Of a DNA stretch of 64,000 bases, positions 20,044-29,086 are shown one piece after another. Position numbers and translations under genes: made by a program. The DNA is from an uncultured Acidimicrobiia bacterium. Lineage in GTDB: Bacteria; Actinomycetota; Acidimicrobiia; Acidimicrobiales; CAZWPY01. The stretch is from NCBI GenBank assembly GCA_964635475.1, contig CAZWPY010000002.1:17293-81292 (forward strand), read 5' to 3'. Each line of letters begins with the position of its first letter. Position 1 is the first letter of the stretch. Under the pieces are notes generated by a model, which saw only the letters and a program-made list of their open reading frames with translations, made no database searches and was not told where the DNA came from.

Positions 20044-21495
20044 CTACTCCGGCAGCGGGAAGTCGGCTGGCAGACAGATCGACTTGGACTCGAGATAGGC
20101 CTCCAGGCCCTGCTCGCCGAGCTCGCGACCCATGCCTGAGTCCTTGTAGCCACCAAACGGCGCCGAAAACTCCAACATAAAGGTGTTGACGTTGGTTGTT
20201 CCCGTGCGCACTCGCCGGGCAACGTCGAGCCCGCGATGCGGGTCGGCGGAAAAGACCGAGCCCGACAAGCCGTAGTCGGAGTCATTAGCGATAGCCACGG
20301 CCTCGTCGACGGTGTCGTAAGGGATCACGCTCAGCACGGGCCCAAAGATCTCCTCTTGGGCAATCGTCATCTTGTTGTCGACGTCGGCGAACAACGTCGG
20401 CTCGACGTACCACCCTGTGGGCTGGCTCGACTGCGCTCCTCCAGCCACGACACGGGCGCCTTCCCCGATGCCTTTCGCGATGTAGCTCTCAACACGCTCC
20501 TGCTGACGACGCGCCACCAGCGGGCCGATCGTGGTCGCAGGGTCGAGGGGATCGCCAACCACCTGCGCACGGAACTGCGCTTCGAGTGCGTCGACGACCT
20601 CGCCGTATGACGACCGAGGCGCGAGGATCCGGGTCTGCGCAACACACGCTTGGCCGTTGTTCATGAGACCCGCACCAACGATCTCGGGAATGGCCGTCGC
20701 CAAGTTCGCGTCGTCGAGCACGATCGCCGCCGACTTGCCGCCCAGCTCAAGGGTGAAACGCCGCAAACGTTCGCCGCACAACGCCGCGATTCGGCGGCCA
20801 GCGGCAGTCGACCCGGTAAATGCAACCTTGTCGATTCCCGGGTGGGTAACCAAGTACTCGCCAACCTCGCGGCCCGCGGGCAGCACCGACAGCGAACCCT
20901 CGGGGAAACCGGCTTCGGCCCACAACTCGGCCAACATGTTGGTCGACAGCGGCGTCTCAGGCGCTGGCTTCAATACCACCGGACATCCCGCGATCACCGC
21001 GGGGGCGAGCTTCAACATCGCCGTAAACATCGGCACGTTCCACGGCACGATCGCGCCGACCACGCCGATCGGCTCGCGCCGGCGAGCCACAGGACCCATC
21101 ACGCCTTGCGAGATTCGCTCGAACTCGTAGGTCTGGGCCAGCCCCACGTAGTAGTCGGCAACCATCGTGGTCGACAGGACCTGACCCATCATCGCCCACG
21201 AGTACGGCGAGCCCATCTCGCTAGCGATCAGCTTCGCCGCGTCGTCCATGAGGCCAAGCAGCGACATCGACAGGCGCCCAAGGGCCGCGCCGCGCTCGGG
21301 CGCTCCCATCGCCTCGTAGGCACCCGAGTCGAACAAGCGCCGGGCCGCGTCGACCGCCTTGTCGACGTCGGCTTCGACCGCCTCGGGCACGACTCCGATT
21401 ACCTGTTCGGTGTGAGGCGACACCACTTCGATCGTTGCGCTACCGGCGGGCTTGACCCACTCGCCGCCGATGAACAGTTCGTTGTCGCGTGGCAT
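20044..21495 (-). CDS. NAD(P)-dependent aldehyde dehydrogenase
   Basis: MPRDNELFIGGEW..., FTGSTAAGRRI, glutamate motif LELGGKSA, cysteine motif NNGQACVAQTR. ATG 21495 has a GGAGGG SD. Confidence 0.9.
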   Translation of the reverse strand: MPRDNELFIGGEWVKPAGSATIEVVSPHTEQVIGVVPEAVEADVDKAVDAARRLFDSGAYEAMGAPERGAALGRLSMSLLGLMDDAAKLIASEMGSPYSWAMMGQVLSTTMVADYYVGLAQTYEFERISQGVMGPVARRREPIGVVGAIVPWNVPMFTAMLKLAPAVIAGCPVVLKPAPETPLSTNMLAELWAEAGFPEGSLSVLPAGREVGEYLVTHPGIDKVAFTGSTAAGRRIAALCGERLRRFTLELGGKSAAIVLDDANLATAIPEIVGAGLMNNGQACVAQTRILAPRSSYGEVVDALEAQFRAQVVGDPLDPATTIGPLVARRQQERVESYIAKGIGEGARVVAGGAQSSQPTGWYVEPTLFADVDNKMTIAQEEIFGPVLSVIPYDTVDEAVAIANDSDYGLSGSVFSADPHRGLDVARRVRTGTTNVNTFMLEFSAPFGGYKDSGMGRELGEQGLEAYLESKSICLPADFPLPE

Positions 21496-21548
21496 CACAA
21501 TCCCTCCGTAGCTGAGCACCATGTCGGCTCGGGGAGCCTACCGGGGAG

Positions 21549-21923
21549 CTAACCCATGTTGGGCGGCGCACCCCGGTCTTCCGACGGCCCCGAGATCAAC
21601 AACGTCACCGTTCCACTGCGGCCGGCCTCGGCGGGCACCGCCGACTCCCACAGTTCCAACCTGAAATGGGACGCGGGCCGGTGAACGAGCTCGACGGCAA
21701 GTCCGCTCGCGACGGCGTCGAGAATGGCTCCGATGCCTGCCGCGGCCAACGGGCTGGGAATCGACTCCAGCCAACTCGCGAGCTCGCTGTCATCGCCCAT
21801 ACCCAGCGCGGACAGAAATCCCGCGACCGTCGGTTCGGGCAATTGGTTAACCAACTCCAACGCTGCGGTCGGGTCGCCGAAGACCTCATTAAACGCACGG
21901 CGCTCGGTGTCCTTGTGCGGCAC
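21549..21923 (-). CDS. hypothetical protein (124 aa, acidic, Ala/Leu-rich)
   Basis: GTG 21923 is preceded by a GGAAGGGGG SD. The longer ORF to 22013 would overlap the divergent cyclase gene. I recognise no motif. Confidence 0.45.
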   Translation of the reverse strand: MPHKDTERRAFNEVFGDPTAALELVNQLPEPTVAGFLSALGMGDDSELASWLESIPSPLAAAGIGAILDAVASGLAVELVHRPASHFRLELWESAVPAEAGRSGTVTLLISGPSEDRGAPPNMG

Positions 21924-21976
21924 AGCCGACCCCCTTCCGGTACGGTTCAAAACGCACGCTACCCATCGAGGGGGCC

Positions 21977-23302
21977 ATGGTGTCGACCGTGTCACCCGTT
22001 CGTTACGCACCATCCGGCGACGCCTTCGTCGCCTACCGCGTCATGGGTAGTGGGCCGCCCGTGGTGCTCATCAACGACTGGTTCAGCCACCAGACCGAAC
22101 TGTGGACAGCCGAGTCGCCGTTCCACGACGTGCTGCGGGATCTCGCGGCAACGTTTCGTTTGATCACCTTCGATAAACGAGGTGTCGGTCTGTCCGACCC
22201 GGTCGCAAGCCCGTTCCTGCCGACGCTGGAAGATTGGTCGGCCGATGTCGTGGCAGTACTCGACGCCGAGAGAATCGATCGGGCCTCGCTGATCGGCAAG
22301 GGCTCCGGCGGAGCGATGGCGATGATGGCCAGTGCCAGCCATCCGGAGCGTTTCGACAAACTCGTCTTGATCAACGCGTGGGCTCGGCTGACGCAGGCGG
22401 CCGGCTACCCGCTCGGTGTGGAGCCCGAGGCCGCGGCTTTGCTGGTCGTTGAGCCGTACATGCCGGCCGAGTCGATCAGATGGCTACTCGCCCGGCCCGA
22501 CGATCGGATTGAGCAATGGCTGGGCAACTATGCGCGTGCGGCAGCCGGACCCGCCCTAACCCTGCGGATGCGCAAGTGGCTGCTCGAGGTCGACGTCCGC
22601 TCGGTGCTCGAGGTGATCAACGTACCCACCCTCGTGTTCGCACGCGAACACGGCTGGATCGGAGCTGCTCACGCGCGCTATCTCGCTGAACACATTCCTC
22701 GCAGCAAACTCGCGGTCGCGCCCGGGTCGGCTGACTACCTCTTTGCCGGTGATCTCGACGCCCTGCTCGCCGCCGTTGTGCCCTTTCTCGGCGAACCCGC
22801 GAGCCCGCACGCGACCGATCGAGTACTGAAGTCAGTCGTGTTCACCGACATCGTCGATTCAACACCCAAGGCGACGGCCATGGGTGACTCGCGTTGGCAC
22901 AAATTGCTCGACCATCACGACGAACTCGTGAGCGAAATCACTCCACGGTGGGGCGGGTCGGTCATCAAACACACCGGCGACGGCGTCCTGCTCGCATTCG
23001 ACGGCCCAGCTCGCGCTCTACATTGCGCTCAGCAGATCCGCCAGGCGCTTAAAGCGCTCGACATAGAGATCCGCTGCGGCGTCCATACCGGCGAGGTCGA
23101 ACGCCGCGGCGATGATCTCGCCGGGCTCGCCGTGCACATCGCGGCGCGAGTGATCGGAGCCGCACGAGCTGGTCAGATCGCCGCGTCGAGAACTGTGAGG
23201 GACCTCGTGATGGGAGGCGGGTTCGACTGGGTCGAACTCGGCGAGTACACGCTAAAGGGCGTGCCCGACTCCTGGAACCTCTATCAACTCGTTAGCGACT
23301 AG
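21977..23302 (+). CDS. alpha/beta-hydrolase-fold domain fused to a class III adenylate/guanylate cyclase
   Basis: The C-terminal part has VVFTDIVDST, KHTGDGVLLAF, IRCGVHTGEV and GLAVHIAARV, which are class III cyclase motifs. The N-terminal roughly 270 aa has an alpha/beta-hydrolase layout (VVLINDW...IGKGSGGAMAMM...). Confidence 0.85.
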   Translation: MVSTVSPVRYAPSGDAFVAYRVMGSGPPVVLINDWFSHQTELWTAESPFHDVLRDLAATFRLITFDKRGVGLSDPVASPFLPTLEDWSADVVAVLDAERIDRASLIGKGSGGAMAMMASASHPERFDKLVLINAWARLTQAAGYPLGVEPEAAALLVVEPYMPAESIRWLLARPDDRIEQWLGNYARAAAGPALTLRMRKWLLEVDVRSVLEVINVPTLVFAREHGWIGAAHARYLAEHIPRSKLAVAPGSADYLFAGDLDALLAAVVPFLGEPASPHATDRVLKSVVFTDIVDSTPKATAMGDSRWHKLLDHHDELVSEITPRWGGSVIKHTGDGVLLAFDGPARALHCAQQIRQALKALDIEIRCGVHTGEVERRGDDLAGLAVHIAARVIGAARAGQIAASRTVRDLVMGGGFDWVELGEYTLKGVPDSWNLYQLVSD

Positions 23303-23314
23303 CTCAAACGAGTT
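23286..23314. terminator. inverted repeat spanning the abutting stops of the cyclase and rplQ
   Basis: aactcgtt-N13-aacgagtt. The loop contains the tag stop (plus-strand gene) and the tca, which is the tga stop of rplQ. The two stops are 1 nt apart. Confidence 0.35.
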
Positions 23315-23654
23315 CGATACGAGCCATGGGCGCATTGTCGCCGTGGCGCGGGCCGAGCTTGTAGATCCGCGTGTAGCCGCCGGGGCGGTCGGCATACCGT
23401 GGGCCAATCTCGTCGAACAGCTTGTGAGCCAAATCCTTGTCGCGCATGAACGCGACAACCTGGCGATGGCGGTGAACTCCACCCTTACGGGCTTTGGTGA
23501 TCAGCCGCTCAGCAACCGGACGCAACGCCTTCGCACGAGCTTCTGTGGTGACGATCGCCTCAGCAGCGAATAACGACGCCGCCAAGTTGGCCATCATCGC
23601 CTTCTGGTGCGACGCCGAGCCACCGAAGCGAGCGCCTCGTTTGGGGGTTGGCAT
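23304..23654 (-). CDS. rplQ: 50S ribosomal protein L17
   Basis: [31 protein letters not shown] 23654 lies 1 nt after the rpoA stop. Confidence 0.96.
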   Translation of the reverse strand: MPTPKRGARFGGSASHQKAMMANLAASLFAAEAIVTTEARAKALRPVAERLITKARKGGVHRHRQVVAFMRDKDLAHKLFDEIGPRYADRPGGYTRIYKLGPRHGDNAPMARIELV

Positions 23655-23655
23655 C

Positions 23656-24597
23656 TCAGATCTCCCGCACTCGCAACGACAAGCCACGCTCGTCGAGCTT
23701 TTGGATCACTTCGTCGAGCGACTTCTGACCGAAGTTGGTGATCGCCAACAGGTCCTCGGGTGAACGCAACACCAGTTCGCCGATGGTGTTCACCTGCGCG
23801 CGCTTCAGGCAGTTGCGCGGACGCTCCGACAAGTCGAGCTCATCGACCGACAAGTCGAGGTCGGGCGACCCCGTTCCTGTCGCGGCCGTCTCACCCAGGA
23901 TCAGACCCATCGGCTCGTCCGACAGGTTGGCGACGACCTCGGTGAGGTTGCGCAACGTGTCGCCGGCCGACGCAAGGGCCTCGCGGGGAGTGATCGAGCC
24001 GTCGGTCTCGATGTCGAGCGTGAGGGCGTCGAAGTTGGTCGACTGCTCGACGCGGGTCGGCTCCACCGTGTATGAAACGCGGCGCACCGGCGAGTAGATC
24101 GCGTCGATCGGAATGGTGCCGATGATCGTCGACTTCTTGTTTTTGTCGGCCGGCACGTAGCCCCGCCCGCGGTCGACAGTGCACTCCAGGGCCAAACGGG
24201 CCTTGTCGGACAACGTCGCGATGTGCAGGTCGGGATTGAGGATCTCCACACCTGCGGGTAGCTGGAACAGCGAGGCGACCACTTCGCCCGGACCGCGAGC
24301 GTCGAGGCGGATCGTCACCGGCTCGTCAACTTCGACCCGAAGGACAATGTCCTTCAAGTTCAAGATGATGTCCGTGACGTCCTCGCTCACGCCGCTGATG
24401 GTCGTGAACTCGTGCAACACGTCGTCGAAACGAACCTCGGTGATCGCCGCGCCGGGGATCGACGAGAGCAACACGCGGCGCAATGAATTGCCAAGCGTGT
24501 AACCGAACCCTGGCTCGAGCGGGCCGACAACGAATCGCTGCCGGTTGCCATCGGCCTCGCTGGCCGGTTCGACGGTTGGGCGCTGAATGATGAGCAT
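23656..24597 (-). CDS. rpoA: DNA-directed RNA polymerase subunit alpha
   Basis: [10 protein letters not shown]...[26 protein letters not shown], and a C-terminal domain with [18 protein letters not shown]. Confidence 0.98.
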   Translation of the reverse strand: MLIIQRPTVEPASEADGNRQRFVVGPLEPGFGYTLGNSLRRVLLSSIPGAAITEVRFDDVLHEFTTISGVSEDVTDIILNLKDIVLRVEVDEPVTIRLDARGPGEVVASLFQLPAGVEILNPDLHIATLSDKARLALECTVDRGRGYVPADKNKKSTIIGTIPIDAIYSPVRRVSYTVEPTRVEQSTNFDALTLDIETDGSITPREALASAGDTLRNLTEVVANLSDEPMGLILGETAATGTGSPDLDLSVDELDLSERPRNCLKRAQVNTIGELVLRSPEDLLAITNFGQKSLDEVIQKLDERGLSLRVREI

Positions 24598-24620
24598 CTG
24601 CTGGGGACTCCTCGACCCGA

Positions 24621-25244
24621 CTACTTGGAGTAAAGCTCGACGATGAGCGATTCGCGCACCGGAACGTCGATCTGGTCACGAAGCGGCAAGTCGATCACTC
24701 GCGCCTCTTGGCCTTCGTCGCCACGCTCGAGCCACGCCGGCATGGCCCGGTCGATGGTGTCGATGTTTTGCCGGACCACGATCAGCTGGCGCGCCTTTTC
24801 ACGAAGCGACACGACGTCGCCCTTACGCAGCCGGTAACTGGGGATATCGACTCGTTTGCCGTTCACCAAGACGTGGCCGTGGCGCACAAGCTGACGGGCC
24901 TGGTTGCGGCTTTGGCCCCAACCCGCACGAAACGCGACGTTGTCGAGCCGCAACTCCAACAAACGAAGCAGATTCTCGCCGGTAATGCCGTCGAGACGGT
25001 TTGCGTCGGCATAAATCTGGCGGAACTGCCGCTCAAGCACGCCGTAGATACGACGCGCCTTTTGCTTCTCGCGCAGCTGAAACATGTACTCGGACTCGCG
25101 GATGCGACCGCGGCCGTGTTGTCCCGGCGGGTACGGGCGCTTCTCAACTGGACACTTCATCGTGTCGCACTTGGCACCCTTTAGGTACAGCTTCATCTTC
25201 TCCCGGCGGCACAAACGACACACCGGACCCGTGTAACGCGCCAT
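24621..25244 (-). CDS. rpsD: 30S ribosomal protein S4
   Basis: [26 protein letters not shown]. Confidence 0.97.
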   Translation of the reverse strand: MARYTGPVCRLCRREKMKLYLKGAKCDTMKCPVEKRPYPPGQHGRGRIRESEYMFQLREKQKARRIYGVLERQFRQIYADANRLDGITGENLLRLLELRLDNVAFRAGWGQSRNQARQLVRHGHVLVNGKRVDIPSYRLRKGDVVSLREKARQLIVVRQNIDTIDRAMPAWLERGDEGQEARVIDLPLRDQIDVPVRESLIVELYSK

Positions 25245-25645
25245 CAGATCCTCGGCCTCTTCGGAGCACGGCAGCCGTTGTGCGGCACCGGCGTCACGTC
25301 TTTGATTCCGCCGACCTCGAGCCCGGCGGCCTGCAACGAACGAATCGCTGTCTCTCGGCCCGAACCCGGGCCCTTCACAACAACGTCAACCCGGCGCATG
25401 CCCTGTTCGGCTGCCCGGCGAGCCGCCGATTCCGCGGCCATCTGCGCGGCGTACGGCGTGGACTTCCTGCTGCCCTTGAAGCCGACCGTTCCGGCCGAGG
25501 CCCACGACACCACGTTGCCGTCGGGATCGGTGATCGACACGATCGTGTTGTTGAACGAACTCTTGATGTGCGCCACGCCGACGGGGACGTTGCGCCGCTC
25601 ACGACGCCGCGGACGGCGCTGACCGGGTTTGGACTTCTGAACCAT
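25244..25645 (-). CDS. rpsK: 30S ribosomal protein S11
   Basis: [31 protein letters not shown]...[14 protein letters not shown]. Confidence 0.97.
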   Translation of the reverse strand: MVQKSKPGQRRPRRRERRNVPVGVAHIKSSFNNTIVSITDPDGNVVSWASAGTVGFKGSRKSTPYAAQMAAESAARRAAEQGMRRVDVVVKGPGSGRETAIRSLQAAGLEVGGIKDVTPVPHNGCRAPKRPRI

Positions 25646-26022
25646 TACTTCCTGACCTTCTTCTTGCCGGCAATCGCCTTGCGTGGGCCCTTACGAGTGC
25701 GGGCATTGGTGTGCGTGCGCTGGCCGCGCACCGGAAGGTTGCGTCGGTGCCGCAGGCCTTGGTAACAGCCAATTTCGACTTTACGTTTGATGTCTTGCAT
25801 CACGTCGCGGCGCAGATCGCCCTCGACGGTGACGTTGGCCTCGATCCACACGCGCAGGCGCTGGACCTCATCGTCGGTCAGGTTGCGCACCCGCGTGTCG
25901 ATGTTGATCTCGGTTGCCGCGCACGCCTTTTGCGCCGTAGTGCGGCCGATTCCGAAGATGTATGTGAGCGACACTTCCACCCGCTTGTCGCGGGGAATGT
26001 CGACGCCGGCAATACGAGCCAC
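25645..26022 (-). CDS. rpsM: 30S ribosomal protein S13
   Basis: [26 protein letters not shown]. Confidence 0.97.
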   Translation of the reverse strand: MARIAGVDIPRDKRVEVSLTYIFGIGRTTAQKACAATEINIDTRVRNLTDDEVQRLRVWIEANVTVEGDLRRDVMQDIKRKVEIGCYQGLRHRRNLPVRGQRTHTNARTRKGPRKAIAGKKKVRK

Positions 26023-26025
26023 TAC

Positions 26026-26139
26026 TCAGCCCTGCCGTTGCTTGTGGCGCGGGTTGGTGCAGATGACTTGGACGCGGCCGTGCCGACGGATCACCCGGCA
26101 CTTCTCGCACATCTTCTTCACACTTGGTCGGACCTTCAT
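26026..26139 (-). CDS. rpmJ: 50S ribosomal protein L36
   Basis: [37 protein letters not shown] (37 aa). ATG 26139 lies inside ORF 26026..26238. Confidence 0.95.
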   Translation of the reverse strand: MKVRPSVKKMCEKCRVIRRHGRVQVICTNPRHKQRQG

Positions 26140-26209
26140 GGTTTCCTTCGTGATCACCGACAGTCGACGGTTACTTGGCTGATCAACTACTGCGCGGGCA
26201 AAAGCCGAG

Positions 26210-26446
26210 CTACTTGTAGCGATATGTGATTCGCCCACGATTGAGGTCGTAGGCGGTGACTTCTACTTGGACCTTGTCGCCGGGCAGGATTCGGATGTAG
26301 TGCATCCGCATCTTGCCGGAGATGTGCGCCAGCACCTTGTGGCCATTTTCGAGTTCGACCCGGAACATCGCGTTCGGGAGCGCCTCGATCACCGTGCCTT
26401 CGAGCACGATGGTGTCGTCTTTTGGCTTCGGCAGGACAACCTCCAC
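26210..26446 (-). CDS. infA: translation initiation factor IF-1
   Basis: [45 protein letters not shown]...RGRITYRYK. The start is ambiguous (GTG 26446 has no SD; see findings). Confidence 0.93.
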   Translation of the reverse strand: MEVVLPKPKDDTIVLEGTVIEALPNAMFRVELENGHKVLAHISGKMRMHYIRILPGDKVQVEVTAYDLNRGRITYRYK

Positions 26447-26889
26447 AAGGGATGGGACACCGCGCGCGGGCGCACAAACCCGCGTTAGGGACGGCTAGCC
26501 AGCCTAGCGCTCCCCTCCCCAGCGCGCCAAAGAGGAAAAGTCGACGTCAGCGCCAGCGTAACAATCGGCCGCCAAAGGGCGCTTTCCAAGAACCACGGCT
26601 ACTTCGCCACCCGGCCCGCGGCGGTCCCGCGCCCGAGCGCACGGTCCGACAGCTGGCACTTCGTGCGGTCGACCGGGCGGCTCTCACCAATTTCTCACGA
26701 TTGCTTGGCCCGCGGCTTACCAAGCGGCTGCACGATTGAGGCGCTCGCGGCTTGGCACCACGAGCACGAACGATCGCGTCACGACGAAAGGGTCTTGGTG
26801 GACACCTCGACAGCAGTACAGATCGACCACACGCGGAGGGACGCGACTACCTCCACGTCGCCGTCAAACACTGACTGGCGCTGGGCCCG

Positions 26890-27546
26890 ATGAACACGAC
26901 GATCGAGCGAACAGCCCTGCACCCCGACGCCATCGTGTCGAGGCGCCGGCGAGTCGATGTCGGTTCGCGCAACTTCCACCGGCGAGTCCGGCGGCAAACG
27001 GTGACCCTCTCGGCGCTCGCCACAGTGGTCGGAGCCTGGATCGGACTCAACGCGCCGTCGGTGTCGCCGGTAACGCCAACCGATCCTCCTCCGTCCGCGA
27101 CCCAACCACCCGGTCCTGCTGGCGCCGCTGCGGACCCGCTCGCCGTGTCCGAATCCACACAGCCGGGGCAATTTGGGCAAACCACGACTGAACCAACCGC
27201 GGACGACCCCGTGCAAGGCGGACCAACGCAGGACGGGCTGACGCTTGATGAGGTGACACAGGACGAGGTGACCCAGGACGAGGTGACACAGGACGAGGCT
27301 GCGATCGACCCGGTCAGCGACGCTGCGCTGGCTGGAGCAACGCCAGGCGAAACAACCTCCGGCGAAACAACTGCGGGCGACCTCGTTACTACCGGCGCGA
27401 CCACGGCCGAGCCGGGCCTTCCCGGCGCTGTCGATCTGCCCGCTGAGCCCGCGATGGCCTCCGACGCTGTCGCGGCAGAAACGACGCCCGCCGAGCGCAA
27501 CCAGGGCTCGGGATCCGTACGACAGCCCGGTCGGCGACGGCGATGA
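26890..27546 (+). CDS. hypothetical single-pass membrane protein with a Pro/Thr/Asp/Glu-rich low-complexity ectodomain
   Basis: ATG 26890. Basic N-terminus, then TM segment VTLSALATVVGAWIGL, then a low-complexity tail with DEVTQ repeats. The stop overlaps the next gene's start (ATGA at 27543-27546). Coding status rests on frame coupling and third-position GC judged by eye. Confidence 0.5.
   Translation: MNTTIERTALHPDAIVSRRRRVDVGSRNFHRRVRRQTVTLSALATVVGAWIGLNAPSVSPVTPTDPPPSATQPPGPAGAAADPLAVSESTQPGQFGQTTTEPTADDPVQGGPTQDGLTLDEVTQDEVTQDEVTQDEAAIDPVSDAALAGATPGETTSGETTAGDLVTTGATTAEPGLPGAVDLPAEPAMASDAVAAETTPAERNQGSGSVRQPGRRRR
27247..27300. repeat. 15-bp in-frame tandem repeat, about 3.6 copies
   Basis: gatgaggtgacacag / gacgaggtgacccag / gacgaggtgacacag / gacgaggct. 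It encodes DEVTQDEVTQDEVTQDEA. Confidence 0.9.
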
Positions 27547-28898
27547 CACTTCAGTTGGATCCGCAGACCAACGCGCCGAGTCGATCCACGCCGCGGGGGT
27601 TCACCCTGCACCCTGTCGACGTGCTCGTGCTCATCGGCCTGGGCGCCGCGCTCGTCACCTGGTGGCCAATTTGGATCGCGTTCGACCTACCCGCGCCGGT
27701 ACGTCTCGCGCCGTTGACAGCGCACATCTGCGGGATGCTCGCCGGATACGGCGTGTTGGTCTTGCTCGCGCTGATGTCACGGGCCCCGAGCTTGGAACGA
27801 GGCGTGGGCGCCGACGTGTTGGCCCGCTGGCACGCGCGCGGCGGGCGCCTTGTGATCATCGCCACGCTCGTCCACGCCGTGGCCGCGCTGATGGCGTGGA
27901 GCGACTCGCGCCGCGAGAGCATCGCTACGTCGATACGCCATGTCCTTGGTTTTCCAGGTCTCATCGGCGCGACGGTTGGCACGATCATGTTGGTTGCCGT
28001 CGGCATCGGGTCGATGCGAGCAGCTCGAAAGGCGATGTCGTACGAACGTTGGCATGCCTTACACCTGCTCACCTACATCGGCGTCGCCCTGTCGTTTTCG
28101 CACCAACTCGCGGGCCCCGATGTGGCGGGCCACAGGTGGCTGCAAGTGGCATGGGCGCTTCTCTACTTACACGTAGCGACGTTGCTGCTCCGACACCGCG
28201 TTGTGGCGCCGATGCGCCAGGCAGCGCGGCACCGACTCCGCGTCGCTGGCGTCACCCAAGAGGGGCCCGACGTCGTGAGCATCGAAATCGAGGGTCAACA
28301 CTTGCGTGAACTCGATGCCCAGCCGGGCCAGTTCTTCCGCTGGCGTTTCCTGACCCCGGATCATTGGTCGACGGCGCACCCGTTCAGCCTGTCGGCACCC
28401 GCCTCCGACACGCGGCTGCGTCTAACGGTAAAAGCCCTCGGCGACAGCTCCCGCGCGCTGCAAACAATTGCGGTCGGCACGTGGGTACTGGCCGAAGGTC
28501 CCTACGGCGCAATGACCGCACGCAAACGGTCGCGTGACAACGTCGTGCTGATCGCAGGGGGTGTCGGGATAACGCCGCTGCGTTGCCTATTTGAGACCTT
28601 GCCACTTCGGGCAACCCAGGACCTGACTTTGATCTACCGCGCTCGCGGTCCGGAGCATGTGTTGTTCCGCGACGAACTCGAAGCGATCGCAACACGCCGA
28701 CGGGCCAACCTCTACTACCTGTTGGGTGACGCCGACGACCTGCTCGGGCCGTCGTCGCTCGTACAGATCGTGCCCGACATCGCCGACAGCGACGTCTACC
28801 TGTGTGGACCCGCCCCGATGTCAGACGCGGTGCGCGACTCTCTGCTTGCCCTCGGCCACCCACCTAACTGCCTGCACGAAGAACGCTTCGCCTGGTAA
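27543..28898 (+). CDS. NOX/ferric-reductase-like flavocytochrome (FRD transmembrane domain + FAD- and NAD(P)H-binding domains)
   Basis: Bis-heme His pairs H-x13-H (HARGGRLVIIATLVH) and H-x12-H (HLLTYIGVALSFSH) in predicted TM helices. FAD motif HPFSLS, NAD motif IAGGVGITPL, C-terminal LCGP. Confidence 0.8.
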   Translation: MTLQLDPQTNAPSRSTPRGFTLHPVDVLVLIGLGAALVTWWPIWIAFDLPAPVRLAPLTAHICGMLAGYGVLVLLALMSRAPSLERGVGADVLARWHARGGRLVIIATLVHAVAALMAWSDSRRESIATSIRHVLGFPGLIGATVGTIMLVAVGIGSMRAARKAMSYERWHALHLLTYIGVALSFSHQLAGPDVAGHRWLQVAWALLYLHVATLLLRHRVVAPMRQAARHRLRVAGVTQEGPDVVSIEIEGQHLRELDAQPGQFFRWRFLTPDHWSTAHPFSLSAPASDTRLRLTVKALGDSSRALQTIAVGTWVLAEGPYGAMTARKRSRDNVVLIAGGVGITPLRCLFETLPLRATQDLTLIYRARGPEHVLFRDELEAIATRRRANLYYLLGDADDLLGPSSLVQIVPDIADSDVYLCGPAPMSDAVRDSLLALGHPPNCLHEERFAW

Positions 28899-29086
28899 CC
28901 GCCGCTCACCACACGTCTGCCCCGCACGCTCGACCGAACCGTGCCCATGCTCGTCGGGCCCTCGCGAGACCGAGAGCGGGGACATCCCGCGCAGCGCCCG
29001 GACACTCGTAGCTCGACGCCTTCGCCCACGCGGCACGAGTCGTAGGGCGTCAGCCCGACACGCAGCTTCGCCTGAGCAGGGGCCAA

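Noticed and set aside
26422-26739. 105-aa plus ORF in the infA upstream non-coding region.
   Set aside because: It has an Arg/Pro/Ala-rich composition, no SD and no motifs. The region is more likely promoter/UTR sequence for infA and the divergent NOX-like unit.
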